A DNA stretch of 63,412 nt from an uncultured Clostridia bacterium. Its GTDB lineage: Bacteria > Bacillota > Clostridia > TANB77 > CAG-508. A program made the position numbers and the translations under genes. Of this stretch, positions 1-8,935 are shown one piece after another. Where the stretch lies: NCBI GenBank assembly GCA_944388775.1, contig CALXKC010000002.1, positions 1 through 63,412 of the forward strand, written 5' to 3'. The number at the start of each line of letters is the position of its first letter. The stretch's first letter is position 1. The notes beneath the pieces were generated by a model that was given only the letters and a program-made list of their open reading frames with translations, did no database searches and was not told where the DNA came from.

Positions 1-121
1 TTTGTAACAAAAAATTAAAATTTTTGTAACATTAAGAATTCTAAAAAATCGCTTGATTTTTTCTTGCTGATATAGTAGAATAGAAAACGCAAACAGGTAT
101 TTGAAGATAGTTTGGGAAAGA

Positions 122-175
122 GGAGTGTCCTCAAATCCCTAAAATCAGGGATTTTAAGGACCGTCCCCTAATCCC
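122..175 (-). repeat. GGGAC-box hairpin repeat, type 1 (inverted orientation)
   Basis: The reverse complement reads gggattaggggacggtccttaaaatccctgattttagggatttgaggacactcc. This is near-identical to the copies at 2528, 50187 and 42864(rc). Confidence 0.85.
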
Positions 176-192
176 GGAAAGGAAGATGTGTA

Positions 193-2535
193 GTGCAAGA
201 TGTTTTAGAAGGTTTAAATGATAAACAATATGAAGCTGTAATAAATACAGAAGGACCATGCTTAGTTATAGCAGGAGCTGGAAGTGGTAAGACAAAAGTT
301 TTAACACATAAAATTGCATATTTAATAGGAGAAAAAGGTGTTAAGCCATGGAATATATTAGCAATTACATTTACTAATAAAGCAGCAAATGAAATGAAAG
401 AGAGAATTGCAAATATTGTAGGTGATGATGCAAAAGATATTTGGATGGGAACATTCCATTCTATTTGTGTGCGTATTTTAAGAAAATTTATTGACAGAAT
501 TGGTTTTGATTCATCTTTCATAATTTTTGATACTTCTGACCAAAAGACTTTAGTAAAAGGCTGCTTAAAAGATTTATCAATAGATGATAAATTATTTAAT
601 GATAGAGCAGTATTATCAGAAATTAGTAATGCTAAAAATGAAATGTTAGATCCAGACCAATATGCCGTAAGAGCAAATGGAGATTTTAGAAAAGAAAAAA
701 TTGCAACAGTTTATGAATTGTATCAGAAGAGATTAAAAGAAAATAATGCAGTAGATTTTGATGATATTATTAATTATGCAATAAAAATATTAGAAGAAAA
801 TCCAGATATATTAGAATATTATTCAAATAAATTTCAATATGTTTTAGTAGATGAGTATCAAGATACAAATAAATCACAATTTACATTAGTTACAATGCTA
901 GCATCTAGAAATGGAAATATTACAGTAGTTGGAGATAATGACCAAGGAATATATAGCTTTAGGGGTGCTGATATTTCAAATATTTTGAATTTTGAAAGAG
1001 ATTTCCCAGGTACAAAGATTATAAAATTAGAGCAAAATTATCGTTGTACAGGAAATATATTAAAAGCTGCAAATGCAGTTATAAAAAATAATGAAGTTAA
1101 ATACAAAAAAGAATTATGGACACAAAATGAAGAAGGAAATTTGCCTAAAGTATATCAAGCAGATAATGAATATGATGAAGCAACATATATTGTAGAGCAA
1201 ATTGAACATTTAAAAAGAGAAGAATATTATAAATATTCAGACTTTGCTGTACTTTATAGAATGAATACTCAATCAAGAGCAATAGAAGATATTTTAAGAA
1301 GAGAAAATATACCATATAAAATTGTTGGTGGATTAAAATTCTATGAAAGAAAAGAAATTAAAGATACTATTGCGTATTTGAGATTGATACAAAATGGTAA
1401 TGATAATTTGAGTTTAAAAAGAATAATTAATGAACCTAAAAGAGGAATTGGAAAAACAAGTTTAGATAAAGTAGAACAAATTGCAGAAGCAAGTGGAAAT
1501 TCTATGTATGAAGTTATAAAAAAAGCTGATGAATTTGGTTTAAATAGAGTATTTTTAAATTCTAGAGAATTTGTAAATGTTATAGAAGAATTAAAAAGTA
1601 AAAAAGATGAACTTAGTGTTTCTGAATTGATAAAATTAACGCTTAAGAAAACAGGATATACAAAGGCTTTAGAAGCGGAAAATACAATCGAAGCAGAAAA
1701 TAGAATTGCAAACTTAGATGAGTTATTAACAGTTGCAATTGAATTTGAAGAAGAATTTGCAGAAAATTCACTATCAGAATTTTTAGAAGGAATAACATTG
1801 TCAAGTGATTTAGATAATATGGAAGAACAAGAAGATTCCGTTACATTAATGACATTACATAGTGCGAAAGGTTTGGAATTCCCAGTAGTATTTTTAGTTG
1901 GTATGGAAGAAGGAATTTTCCCAGGATATCAATCTATGATGGATCCTCAAGAGCTAGAAGAAGAAAGAAGATTATGCTATGTTGGAATTACTAGAGCAAA
2001 AGAAAACTTATTTTTAACATGTAGTAAGCAAAGAACAGTATTCGGCTCAACAAGCTATAATCCAGTATCTAGATTTTTAAATGAAATACCAGAAGACTTG
2101 TTAGAAGGTTATCAAGAAGCATTTGGAGAGCCAGATAATAATAAAAATCAAATGTTTAAAGAATCTAATTATAGTTGGACATATGGTAGTAGAGATAATA
2201 GAAATAACGGAAATAGTGCAATTAAGACATATAAAATTAATGAAAAAGAACCTGCTATGTCAGCAAGTAATAAAAATAGTGGTTTTGCATTTAGAACAGC
2301 AGAAAGTTTTCTAAATAGTATAGGAAAAAAATCTGCTATAAATACAAATAACCAAGTAGATTTGTCAAAATATGAGGCAGGTGTTAGAGTTTTTCATAAG
2401 AAATTTGGAGAAGGTACTATTAATATGGTAGAGCCTGAAGGTGAAGACTTAAAAGTTGATATTAATTTTGATAAAGCTGGTCATAAGAGATTGATGGCTA
2501 AATATGCAAATTTAGAAATCATAGACAGGGATTAG
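193..2535 (+). CDS. pcrA: ATP-dependent DNA helicase PcrA (UvrD family)
   Basis: 780-aa ORF with a GTG start. Helicase motifs AGAGSGKT, VDEYQDTN, LEQNYRC, TLHSAKGLEF and YVGITRA are present, plus a C-terminal Tudor-like tail (VRVFHKKFGEGTI). Confidence 0.95.
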   Translation: MQDVLEGLNDKQYEAVINTEGPCLVIAGAGSGKTKVLTHKIAYLIGEKGVKPWNILAITFTNKAANEMKERIANIVGDDAKDIWMGTFHSICVRILRKFIDRIGFDSSFIIFDTSDQKTLVKGCLKDLSIDDKLFNDRAVLSEISNAKNEMLDPDQYAVRANGDFRKEKIATVYELYQKRLKENNAVDFDDIINYAIKILEENPDILEYYSNKFQYVLVDEYQDTNKSQFTLVTMLASRNGNITVVGDNDQGIYSFRGADISNILNFERDFPGTKIIKLEQNYRCTGNILKAANAVIKNNEVKYKKELWTQNEEGNLPKVYQADNEYDEATYIVEQIEHLKREEYYKYSDFAVLYRMNTQSRAIEDILRRENIPYKIVGGLKFYERKEIKDTIAYLRLIQNGNDNLSLKRIINEPKRGIGKTSLDKVEQIAEASGNSMYEVIKKADEFGLNRVFLNSREFVNVIEELKSKKDELSVSELIKLTLKKTGYTKALEAENTIEAENRIANLDELLTVAIEFEEEFAENSLSEFLEGITLSSDLDNMEEQEDSVTLMTLHSAKGLEFPVVFLVGMEEGIFPGYQSMMDPQELEEERRLCYVGITRAKENLFLTCSKQRTVFGSTSYNPVSRFLNEIPEDLLEGYQEAFGEPDNNKNQMFKESNYSWTYGSRDNRNNGNSAIKTYKINEKEPAMSASNKNSGFAFRTAESFLNSIGKKSAINTNNQVDLSKYEAGVRVFHKKFGEGTINMVEPEGEDLKVDINFDKAGHKRLMAKYANLEIIDRD

Positions 2536-2581
2536 GGGACGGTCCTAAAAATCCCTAAAAGCAGGGATTTAGGGACGGACC
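2528..2581 (+). repeat. GGGAC-box hairpin repeat, type 1
   Basis: Sequence is gggattaggggacggtcctaaaaatccctaaaagcagggatttagggacggacc. It overlaps the last codons and the TAG stop of pcrA. The AAATCCCT/AGGGATTT stem has a 6-nt loop. Confidence 0.9.
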
Positions 2582-2624
2582 TTAAAATTTCAAAAATTAT
2601 TTACTGTCAAAGAGCAAATCATCA

Positions 2625-2662
2625 AAATACATCTAATAATAAAAAATTAGATGTATTTTTTG
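2625..2662 (+). terminator. Rho-independent terminator after pcrA
   Basis: The stem aaatacatctaat / attagatgtattt is followed by a T-run. Confidence 0.75.
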
Positions 2663-2731
2663 TTTAATGGTATAAAAAAATTAAATATAGTAAATACTTA
2701 ATAAAGAAATTAAAAGAAAGGAATGATTTAA

Positions 2732-2920
2732 ATGGCAGATTTAACACAAGCAGAATTACAACACCTAAGACATTTAATAGGTGCACATGAGACAGCATAT
2801 CAAAAATTAAACACATATTCAGCACAAGCTGTTGACCCACAAATAAAGCAAATATTTGCAAAATCAGCACAAGATGCTTTAAACACAAAACAAAAATTAA
2901 TGACATTTTTAAATAATTAA
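2732..2920 (+). CDS. small helical spore-coat-associated protein (CotF-like partner)
   Basis: 62-aa ORF with an AGGAA RBS. It lies 19 nt upstream of a clear Coat-F gene, and its helical Q/A-rich sequence resembles Coat-F family N-termini. Confidence 0.5.
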   Translation: MADLTQAELQHLRHLIGAHETAYQKLNTYSAQAVDPQIKQIFAKSAQDALNTKQKLMTFLNN

Positions 2921-2939
2921 GAAGGGAGAGAAAAGTATA

Positions 2940-3185
2940 ATGGATGAAAAAACAATGGTAAACGATATTTTAAGCGGTGTAAAATCAGATTTAACAGCAT
3001 ATCAAACAGCTATATCTGAATCTGAAAATATGAATTTAAGACAAACTTTTCAACAAATAAGAAATAATGATGAAAGTTTTCAATATGAATTATTTAAAAT
3101 AGCTCAAACTAAAGGATATTATAAACCAGCACAAAAAGCAACAGTAACAGAAATTAATCAAGTAAAAACAGAATTACAACAATAG
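2940..3185 (+). CDS. spore coat protein F family (Coat_F domain)
   Basis: 81-aa ORF with a GGGAGAG RBS. The pattern NDILSGVKS..YQTAISES.N..LR..F..IRN....FQYELF......KGYY is typical of the CotF family. Confidence 0.75.
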   Translation: MDEKTMVNDILSGVKSDLTAYQTAISESENMNLRQTFQQIRNNDESFQYELFKIAQTKGYYKPAQKATVTEINQVKTELQQ

Positions 3186-3191
3186 AAATTA

Positions 3192-3236
3192 AAAAGTATA
3201 TTCACATTCTTATATAGAACGAATATACTTTTTTAA
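3192..3236. terminator. bidirectional hairpin terminator between convergent genes
   Basis: The stem aaaagtatattc / gaatatactttt is flanked by A-runs and T-runs. Confidence 0.65.
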
Positions 3237-3238
3237 GA

Positions 3239-4246
3239 TTATTTAATAAATTGTTCTTTTTTTAGTCCAGTTATTTTTAAAATAATATTTATATCTATTT
3301 TTTCTGAAAGCATTTTTTTTGCTACATCAATTAAACTTTCTTGTCTTCCTTCTTGTAAGCCTTCTTCTATTGCTTTTTTTCTCATTTCTTCTGCTTCTTT
3401 TCTTAATACTTCATGAATATGTGCCATAACTTCATCTCCTCCTTTTTCTTTTAATATTATTTCTTTAATTTTTTCTAGCTTATCTTTTTCTAATCTATCT
3501 TCCCAAATATATCCTACTTCTCTTGCAAATTCTTCTCTTTCTTTTTCACTTGTTAGAGTTTCGGAAAACTTTTCTACAGCATTTAATAGTTGTTCAGATG
3601 AATTCAATCGATCAATTACAGATATTCTTGCTATTGCTGTTCTTCTTTCTATTGCTTCTTCTACACTTCGTATATCAACTAAATTATATCTAATGATTGA
3701 GCTACTACCTTTACGATGTTTAAAGACCTCTTGTGATTCTTCTAGTCCTTTTTTTGCTGTCCATTTCGATGTTCCTGCATAAATCACTATTGGTACAATA
3801 GTTGGTTGCAGTTTTTTATTTTTTTTGTCTTTTGAATTTTTTCTTGAATCCATGATTGATAGACTATAATCTGCCATTCTAAATGGCAGATTTTCATCTA
3901 CTTTTGTCTGATGTTCAATTAGAAAGAAAACTTCTTTACCTTTTAATTTGTATACAATATCTGCAATTCTTTCTTCAAATTTATTTGTTATATAATGTGT
4001 TTCATATTTTTCTAAATTTTCTGCCTTAATTTTGTCTTCAGGATCCAATTCCTGATTTATTAATTTAGCTACTTCTTCTTTATTATTTAATATTTGTCTA
4101 AATAGTTTATCATGTTTATGATGTTTATATTGTTTTTTTGCAGTATCTAATATATAGTCTTCACTTACATCATTTAAAACGTGTGTTACATTTTGATTTA
4201 CAAAAATAACTAAATCTAAATAATCTTTCATTGTATAATATTCCAA
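3239..4246 (-). CDS. Rpn-family recombination-promoting nuclease / putative transposase (YhgA-like PD-(D/E)XK)
   Basis: 335-aa ORF. It has the N-terminal HDKLFRQIL motif and the core ADIVYKL...FLIEHQTKVD..LPFRM. The C-terminal repeated helical module (IDVAKKML...ILKITGL) is typical of the family. Confidence 0.8.
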   Translation of the reverse strand: MEYYTMKDYLDLVIFVNQNVTHVLNDVSEDYILDTAKKQYKHHKHDKLFRQILNNKEEVAKLINQELDPEDKIKAENLEKYETHYITNKFEERIADIVYKLKGKEVFFLIEHQTKVDENLPFRMADYSLSIMDSRKNSKDKKNKKLQPTIVPIVIYAGTSKWTAKKGLEESQEVFKHRKGSSSIIRYNLVDIRSVEEAIERRTAIARISVIDRLNSSEQLLNAVEKFSETLTSEKEREEFAREVGYIWEDRLEKDKLEKIKEIILKEKGGDEVMAHIHEVLRKEAEEMRKKAIEEGLQEGRQESLIDVAKKMLSEKIDINIILKITGLKKEQFIK

Positions 4247-4528
4247 TATTTGAACCTCCTTTATTGTAATTCATTCACACTATAAAATCAAAGTTTATTT
4301 TATAGTAAAAATGGTGTGTTTATTAATATAATCTATGTATATCTTTTCTTTTCACCTCTTTTTATTATTTTTCTTTGTTTTTAATTTTTTTTGAAATTTA
4401 AGATTAAAATATTTAGTAATAAATTTAGTTTTAGATATAAATTTGAAGAAATTATATCCAAATATTATCATAATTTACTATGATTTGCAATGAAATTTTC
4501 AAAAATTATGTAATTTTTCATCGCATTT

Positions 4529-4535
4529 TTCGACA
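4529..4535 (-). promoter_or_regulatory. candidate Spo0A box (TGTCGAA on the minus strand)
   Basis: Exact 0A-box heptamer within the extended context gcatttttcgacaaaatat. That context is shared with the boxes at 33244 and 54440. It lies in the 530-nt intergenic region between rpn and the M23 peptidase gene. Confidence 0.35.
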
Positions 4536-4788
4536 AAATATTGTTTGATTATATTAAGAATACCAATAAAGATTAAAATAAATATCAAATAGTAGTGCGA
4601 ATAACTTTGAAACGAGGAAAAGAAAAAAAGAGATAAAACGAAGAAAAGTGAGATAAACGAAAAAAAACAAAAAAAACTTAGGGAAAATCAAGATGCATTA
4701 TCTTTGCAAAAAAACAAATGTTACAATATTATTACACTGATCGGCATGTAGTTTAAAGAACTAAATTACAAAGGAGAGATTGAATATC

Positions 4789-5814
4789 ATGTTCAAAAAG
4801 ATTTTGGTACACACAAGAAAGGGTATTAAATTTATTATATTATTTATGATTGCAGCTTTTTTAATAGTAGGTGCAATTGCTTTTTTATATAAACCAACAT
4901 ATAGTGTATTTATAAATGGAGAACAGGTTGGATATACAGAAAACCGTTCAGAATTACAGCACAAAATAAATGATTATGTTGAAAAAGGCGATGGAACAAA
5001 TGAAAATGTAGCATTTGTACAAGTAAATAATATGCCAGAATATAAATTGTGTTTGTTAAAAAAGAATATTGTAACAAATGATGATGAAATATTTAATGAT
5101 ATAAAGTCACAAGGAGTTACATATTATAGATATTATGCAATACTAGATAATCAAGAAGAAAAACTTTATGTATCTAATTTTGAAGATGCAGAAAACGTAG
5201 TTAATACATTAAAAGAAAAAGATAGTGCAAATGTTGAAACAATATCTATAGTTGAAAAATATGAAACAGAATTAAAAGATTTAGTATCTAGTGAAGAAGC
5301 TGTTTCAAAATTGTATGTAGAAAAACCAAAAGTTGTTAAAGTAGCTACAGCATCTTCAGGTAGGTCAAGTAGTGTATATCAAGCAACAGGAACCGTAAAT
5401 ACGAAAACTACAACTTCAAGTGGAAAAGTTAGTTTAGGAATATCACTAATTAAGCCAGTATCTGGAACAATATCATCTAGATTTGGTTCACGAAGTAGTG
5501 TTAGAAGTTCAGCCCATACTGGATTAGATATAGCTGCACCATCAGGAACAGCAGTTAAAGCTGCTGCATCAGGTACGGTAACATTTTCAGGATATAAAGG
5601 TTCATATGGAAATTTAATAGTAATTAGTCATGGAAATGGTGTACAAACATATTATGGACATTGTAGTAAATTATATCTTTCTGCTGGTACACAAGTTTCA
5701 CAGGGACAAACAATTGCAGCAGTTGGTTCTACTGGAAATTCAACTGGACCACATTTACATTTAGAAATACGTGTTAATGGGGTGGCATATAATCCACAAA
5801 ACTACTTATATTAA
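4789..5814 (+). CDS. M23 family (LytM-type) peptidoglycan endopeptidase, membrane-anchored
   Basis: ATG at 4789 lies 10 nt after the AAGGAGAG RBS; the track start at 4780 (TTG) is too close to the RBS. An N-terminal TM helix is present. Catalytic motifs are HTGLDIAAP and GSTGNSTGPHLHLE. Confidence 0.9.
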   Translation: MFKKILVHTRKGIKFIILFMIAAFLIVGAIAFLYKPTYSVFINGEQVGYTENRSELQHKINDYVEKGDGTNENVAFVQVNNMPEYKLCLLKKNIVTNDDEIFNDIKSQGVTYYRYYAILDNQEEKLYVSNFEDAENVVNTLKEKDSANVETISIVEKYETELKDLVSSEEAVSKLYVEKPKVVKVATASSGRSSSVYQATGTVNTKTTTSSGKVSLGISLIKPVSGTISSRFGSRSSVRSSAHTGLDIAAPSGTAVKAAASGTVTFSGYKGSYGNLIVISHGNGVQTYYGHCSKLYLSAGTQVSQGQTIAAVGSTGNSTGPHLHLEIRVNGVAYNPQNYLY

Positions 5815-5817
5815 TTA

Positions 5818-5940
5818 GTTGAAAAATAATTACAATTTTATCTACGTTAAATCACATTTAAAACGCAGTTACATACAAATAGTATGCGCCTTTGCATTTT
5901 AAATGTGATTTGCTTTGCTAAAATTTAATTCTTTTCTAAC
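5818..5940. repeat. long imperfect palindrome (~50-nt arms)
   Basis: The left arm gttgaaaaataattacaattttatctacgttaaatcacatttaaaacgc pairs with the right arm gcattttaaatgtgatttgctttgctaaaatttaattcttttctaac. Confidence 0.7.
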
Positions 5941-5958
5941 GTTATATATAAAGTTTTT

Positions 5959-6609
5959 TTAAACAAAGTATTGAATTCCTTTTGATATTGCATTATTTTT
6001 AATATAAATTTTTGCATGTTCAGCTAATTTGTATTCAAAATTAGCTGAAAAATTTTGAAATTTTGCAAATTCAGATAATATATTAAAAACTTTATGTACG
6101 TATTTATCTTTAAAATTAATATCTTTAAAAACCAAGAAAAACTTATTTTGGTAATTATAAAGAACAATTTTTTTTGCTAATTTGTCAATATTCAAATTTT
6201 CAATTTTAGATATACTGTTACAAAAATCGCAAAAATAATCAAAATTATCAAATTCATAAACAGCATTTTTTAAAGAAGGTGTATTGTTTTTTCTTTTTAC
6301 AATTAATTTCCTTTTGGAATCATTATTTAGAACATTATTTGTATTAATAGAGCTATTTTCAGAAGAAGAGTATTTTGTAATTGTAAATACTACAACATCT
6401 TCTAAAGTAGAAAATGCTTCTATTAATAATTTACATCCTTCTGTATGAAAGTCAACTTCTTTTTCAGCTTTTTGAAGGATATCTAAAAAAAGATTTTGTG
6501 AATTCATAATATTGTCAAAAAAAGTATGTATATCATTTGTATTCTTTTCTATGTCGTCTATATTCATGATAATTCTGATTTTATTATCTGTTAATTTTTC
6601 TATTTTCAT
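5959..6609 (-). CDS. mecA: MecA-family adaptor protein (Clp adaptor)
   Basis: 216-aa ORF. The N-terminus MKIEKLTDNKIRIIMNIDDIE and the C-terminal block (YEFDNFDYF...LYNY.NKFFLVF...LSEFA) are collinear with MecA architecture. Confidence 0.7.
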   Translation of the reverse strand: MKIEKLTDNKIRIIMNIDDIEKNTNDIHTFFDNIMNSQNLFLDILQKAEKEVDFHTEGCKLLIEAFSTLEDVVVFTITKYSSSENSSINTNNVLNNDSKRKLIVKRKNNTPSLKNAVYEFDNFDYFCDFCNSISKIENLNIDKLAKKIVLYNYQNKFFLVFKDINFKDKYVHKVFNILSEFAKFQNFSANFEYKLAEHAKIYIKNNAISKGIQYFV

Positions 6610-6817
6610 ATGGTAGGCCTCCTAATATCTATAATTATATTATACTACTAATATCATTATATGAAAAGGAGTAAATTTTGGTAAAATTATTGTAATATAC
6701 TTGAAAAATTTGCTAATTCAATATATAATAGCAAAGAGTTAAAAAAGAAATATCCGTAGCAAAAGATTGAAAAATAATTACAATTTTGGATTGTGAGTTA
6801 AGGAAGGAATGATTAAT

Positions 6818-7075
6818 ATGGCAACTAAAGAAAAAAATGTATGGATTTTATTAATATTTATTTTATCAGGACTAGTAGTTGGGGGACTACTGGGACAATT
6901 AGCATCAAATGTAAGCTGGTTATCATGGCTATCATATAGCCAAAGTTTTGGATTAGAAAATCCGGTAGTTTTAGATTTAAGTGTTGTAGAATTAACATTT
7001 GCACTTATGTTTAGAATTAATATAGCTAGCATTATAGGTATGATACTTGCAATATTTATTTATAAAAAAATCTAA
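6818..7075 (+). CDS. DUF4321-family small membrane protein
   Basis: ATG at 6818 lies 10 nt after the AAGGAAGG RBS. It has two TM segments and the motif LSWLSYSQSFGL..PVVLDLSVVELTF. The position upstream of radC-mreB is typical in Clostridia. Confidence 0.7.
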   Translation: MATKEKNVWILLIFILSGLVVGGLLGQLASNVSWLSWLSYSQSFGLENPVVLDLSVVELTFALMFRINIASIIGMILAIFIYKKI

Positions 7076-7119
7076 TAAAAAGTAGGGGCAATTAAAAACG
7101 AGGAAGGAATGACTATAAT

Positions 7120-7866
7120 TTGTCAATAACAATAAAACAATTGCCAGAAACAGAAAGACCATATGAGAAATTAGAATTATATGGAGAATCAACATTATCA
7201 AATGCTGAATTATTAGCAATAATTATAAAAACAGGAACAAAGGAAGAAACATCAGTACAACTTGCACAAAAAATATTAAATTTAAATGATACAAAGCAAG
7301 AAGGACTTAATTTTTTGAAAAATATAACTATTGAAGAATTAACTCAAATAAAAGGCATAGGAAAAATAAAGGCAATACAATTAAAGGCAATAGGTGAACT
7401 TGCAATAAGAATGTCAAAGCCAGTAAATTATAAAAGAGTTATTGTAAGAGAGCCAAAAGATATTGTAAATGTCATAATGGAAGAATTAAGATTTCAAAAA
7501 AGAGAAATTGCGAAAATAGTTATACTAAATGAGAAAAATGAAATACTAAAAATTAAAGATTTATCATTTGGAGGGACAAGCTATGTTAATATTTCAATAA
7601 AAGAAATATTAGTTGAACCTATAAAAATGAAAGCATCTAAAATAATATTGATACACAATCATCCGACAGGAGATTCAACTCCAAGTGATACAGATGTGAA
7701 ATTCACATATAATCTTTATGATTTAGGACAAATTTTGGGAATACAACTATTAGACCATATAGTAATAGGAGTAGATACTTACACAAGTATTTTTTCACAA
7801 ATAGTGGAAAGTATGCCTGATACAAATGAAAAGGAAAATAGGACAGAAGTTAAAAAGAAAGGATAA
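7120..7866 (+). CDS. radC: RadC-family JAB/MPN domain protein
   Basis: TTG start with a GAGGAAGG RBS. It has the HhH region (IKGIGKIKA) and the JAMM motif HNHPTGDSTPSDTD. Confidence 0.9.
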   Translation: MSITIKQLPETERPYEKLELYGESTLSNAELLAIIIKTGTKEETSVQLAQKILNLNDTKQEGLNFLKNITIEELTQIKGIGKIKAIQLKAIGELAIRMSKPVNYKRVIVREPKDIVNVIMEELRFQKREIAKIVILNEKNEILKIKDLSFGGTSYVNISIKEILVEPIKMKASKIILIHNHPTGDSTPSDTDVKFTYNLYDLGQILGIQLLDHIVIGVDTYTSIFSQIVESMPDTNEKENRTEVKKKG

Positions 7867-7875
7867 GCGATAATT

Positions 7876-8907
7876 ATGAAACTTTTTACATTTGGATCAA
7901 AAGATATTGGAATTGATTTGGGAACAGCAAATATTTTAGTTACAGTAAAGGGAAAAGGAATAGTTTTAAAAGAACCTTCAGTTGTAGCAATAGATAGAAA
8001 AACTGGAAATATATTGGCAACAGGAAATGAAGCAAAAGAAATGTTAGGAAGAACACCAGAGCAAATAAAAGCAGTAAGACCATTAAAAGATGGAGTAATT
8101 GCAGATTTTACTGCTACACAATTAATGCTTAAAAACTTAATAGAAAAAGTAGGGAAAAGATATAATGTTGGAAAGCCTAGAGTTGTTGTAGGTGTACCTT
8201 CAGGTATTACAGAAGTTGAAGAAAGAGCAGTAGAAGAGTCAGTAATTCAAGCTGGAGCAAAAGAAGTATATTTAATTGAAGAACCAATGGCAGCAGCAAT
8301 TGGTGCGTCACTAGATGTTGGAGAGCCAAGTGGAAGTATTATTGTTGATATTGGTGGAGGAACAACAGAAGTTGCAGTTATTTCTTTAGGAGGAATAGTT
8401 GTAAGCCATTCTTTACGTGTTGCTGGGGATGAATTAGATGAGGATATAGTGAACTTTGTTAAAAAGGAAGAAAATTTAGCAATTGGAGAAACAACAGCTG
8501 AACAAATAAAAATGCAAATAGGTTGTGCGATGCCACTTATGACAGAAATGTCAATGGAAGTTAGAGGAAGAGACTTAGCAGATGGATTACCTAGAACAGT
8601 GACAGTTACATCTACACAAATAGAAGAGGCAATGAAAGAATCTATTGGAAAAATTGTAGAAATTGTTAAACTAACATTGGAAAAAACACCACCTGAACTT
8701 GCATCAGATATTATGGAAAAAGGAATTGTGCTAGCTGGTGGTGGTGCATTAATAAAAAATCTAGATAAATTATTAAGTTTAGAAACAGGTATGCCAGTAT
8801 ATGTTGCAGAAGAGCCTTTAGACTGTGTAGTTAGAGGAACAGGAAAAACTTTAGAAGATTTAGAAAGATTAAAAACAGTTTTAATTAATGCAAGAAAAAG
8901 GAAATAG
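7876..8907 (+). CDS. mreB: rod shape-determining protein MreB
   Basis: 343-aa ORF with actin-fold motifs IGIDLGTANILV and DIGGGTTEVAV. Confidence 0.95.
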   Translation: MKLFTFGSKDIGIDLGTANILVTVKGKGIVLKEPSVVAIDRKTGNILATGNEAKEMLGRTPEQIKAVRPLKDGVIADFTATQLMLKNLIEKVGKRYNVGKPRVVVGVPSGITEVEERAVEESVIQAGAKEVYLIEEPMAAAIGASLDVGEPSGSIIVDIGGGTTEVAVISLGGIVVSHSLRVAGDELDEDIVNFVKKEENLAIGETTAEQIKMQIGCAMPLMTEMSMEVRGRDLADGLPRTVTVTSTQIEEAMKESIGKIVEIVKLTLEKTPPELASDIMEKGIVLAGGGALIKNLDKLLSLETGMPVYVAEEPLDCVVRGTGKTLEDLERLKTVLINARKRK

Positions 8908-8935
8908 AAAAGAAAAAAAGATTGAGAGGTAAAAA

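Noticed and set aside
168-521. 117-aa minus-strand ORF overlapping the pcrA 5' region
   Set aside because: It lies entirely antisense to a strongly supported helicase gene. It has no RBS and a hydrophobic, junk-like composition typical of antisense frames in AT-rich DNA.
2531-2540. TTAGGG(G) telomere-like hexamer recurring at repeat starts
   Set aside because: These are single occurrences embedded in the GGGAC-box repeats, not tandem arrays. The resemblance to eukaryotic telomere repeats is coincidental.
4540-4788. Riboswitch (e.g. ydaO/c-di-AMP type) in the long leader of the M23 peptidase gene
   Set aside because: No conserved GC-rich riboswitch core or terminator/antiterminator pair is visible. 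The region is low-complexity and A-rich.
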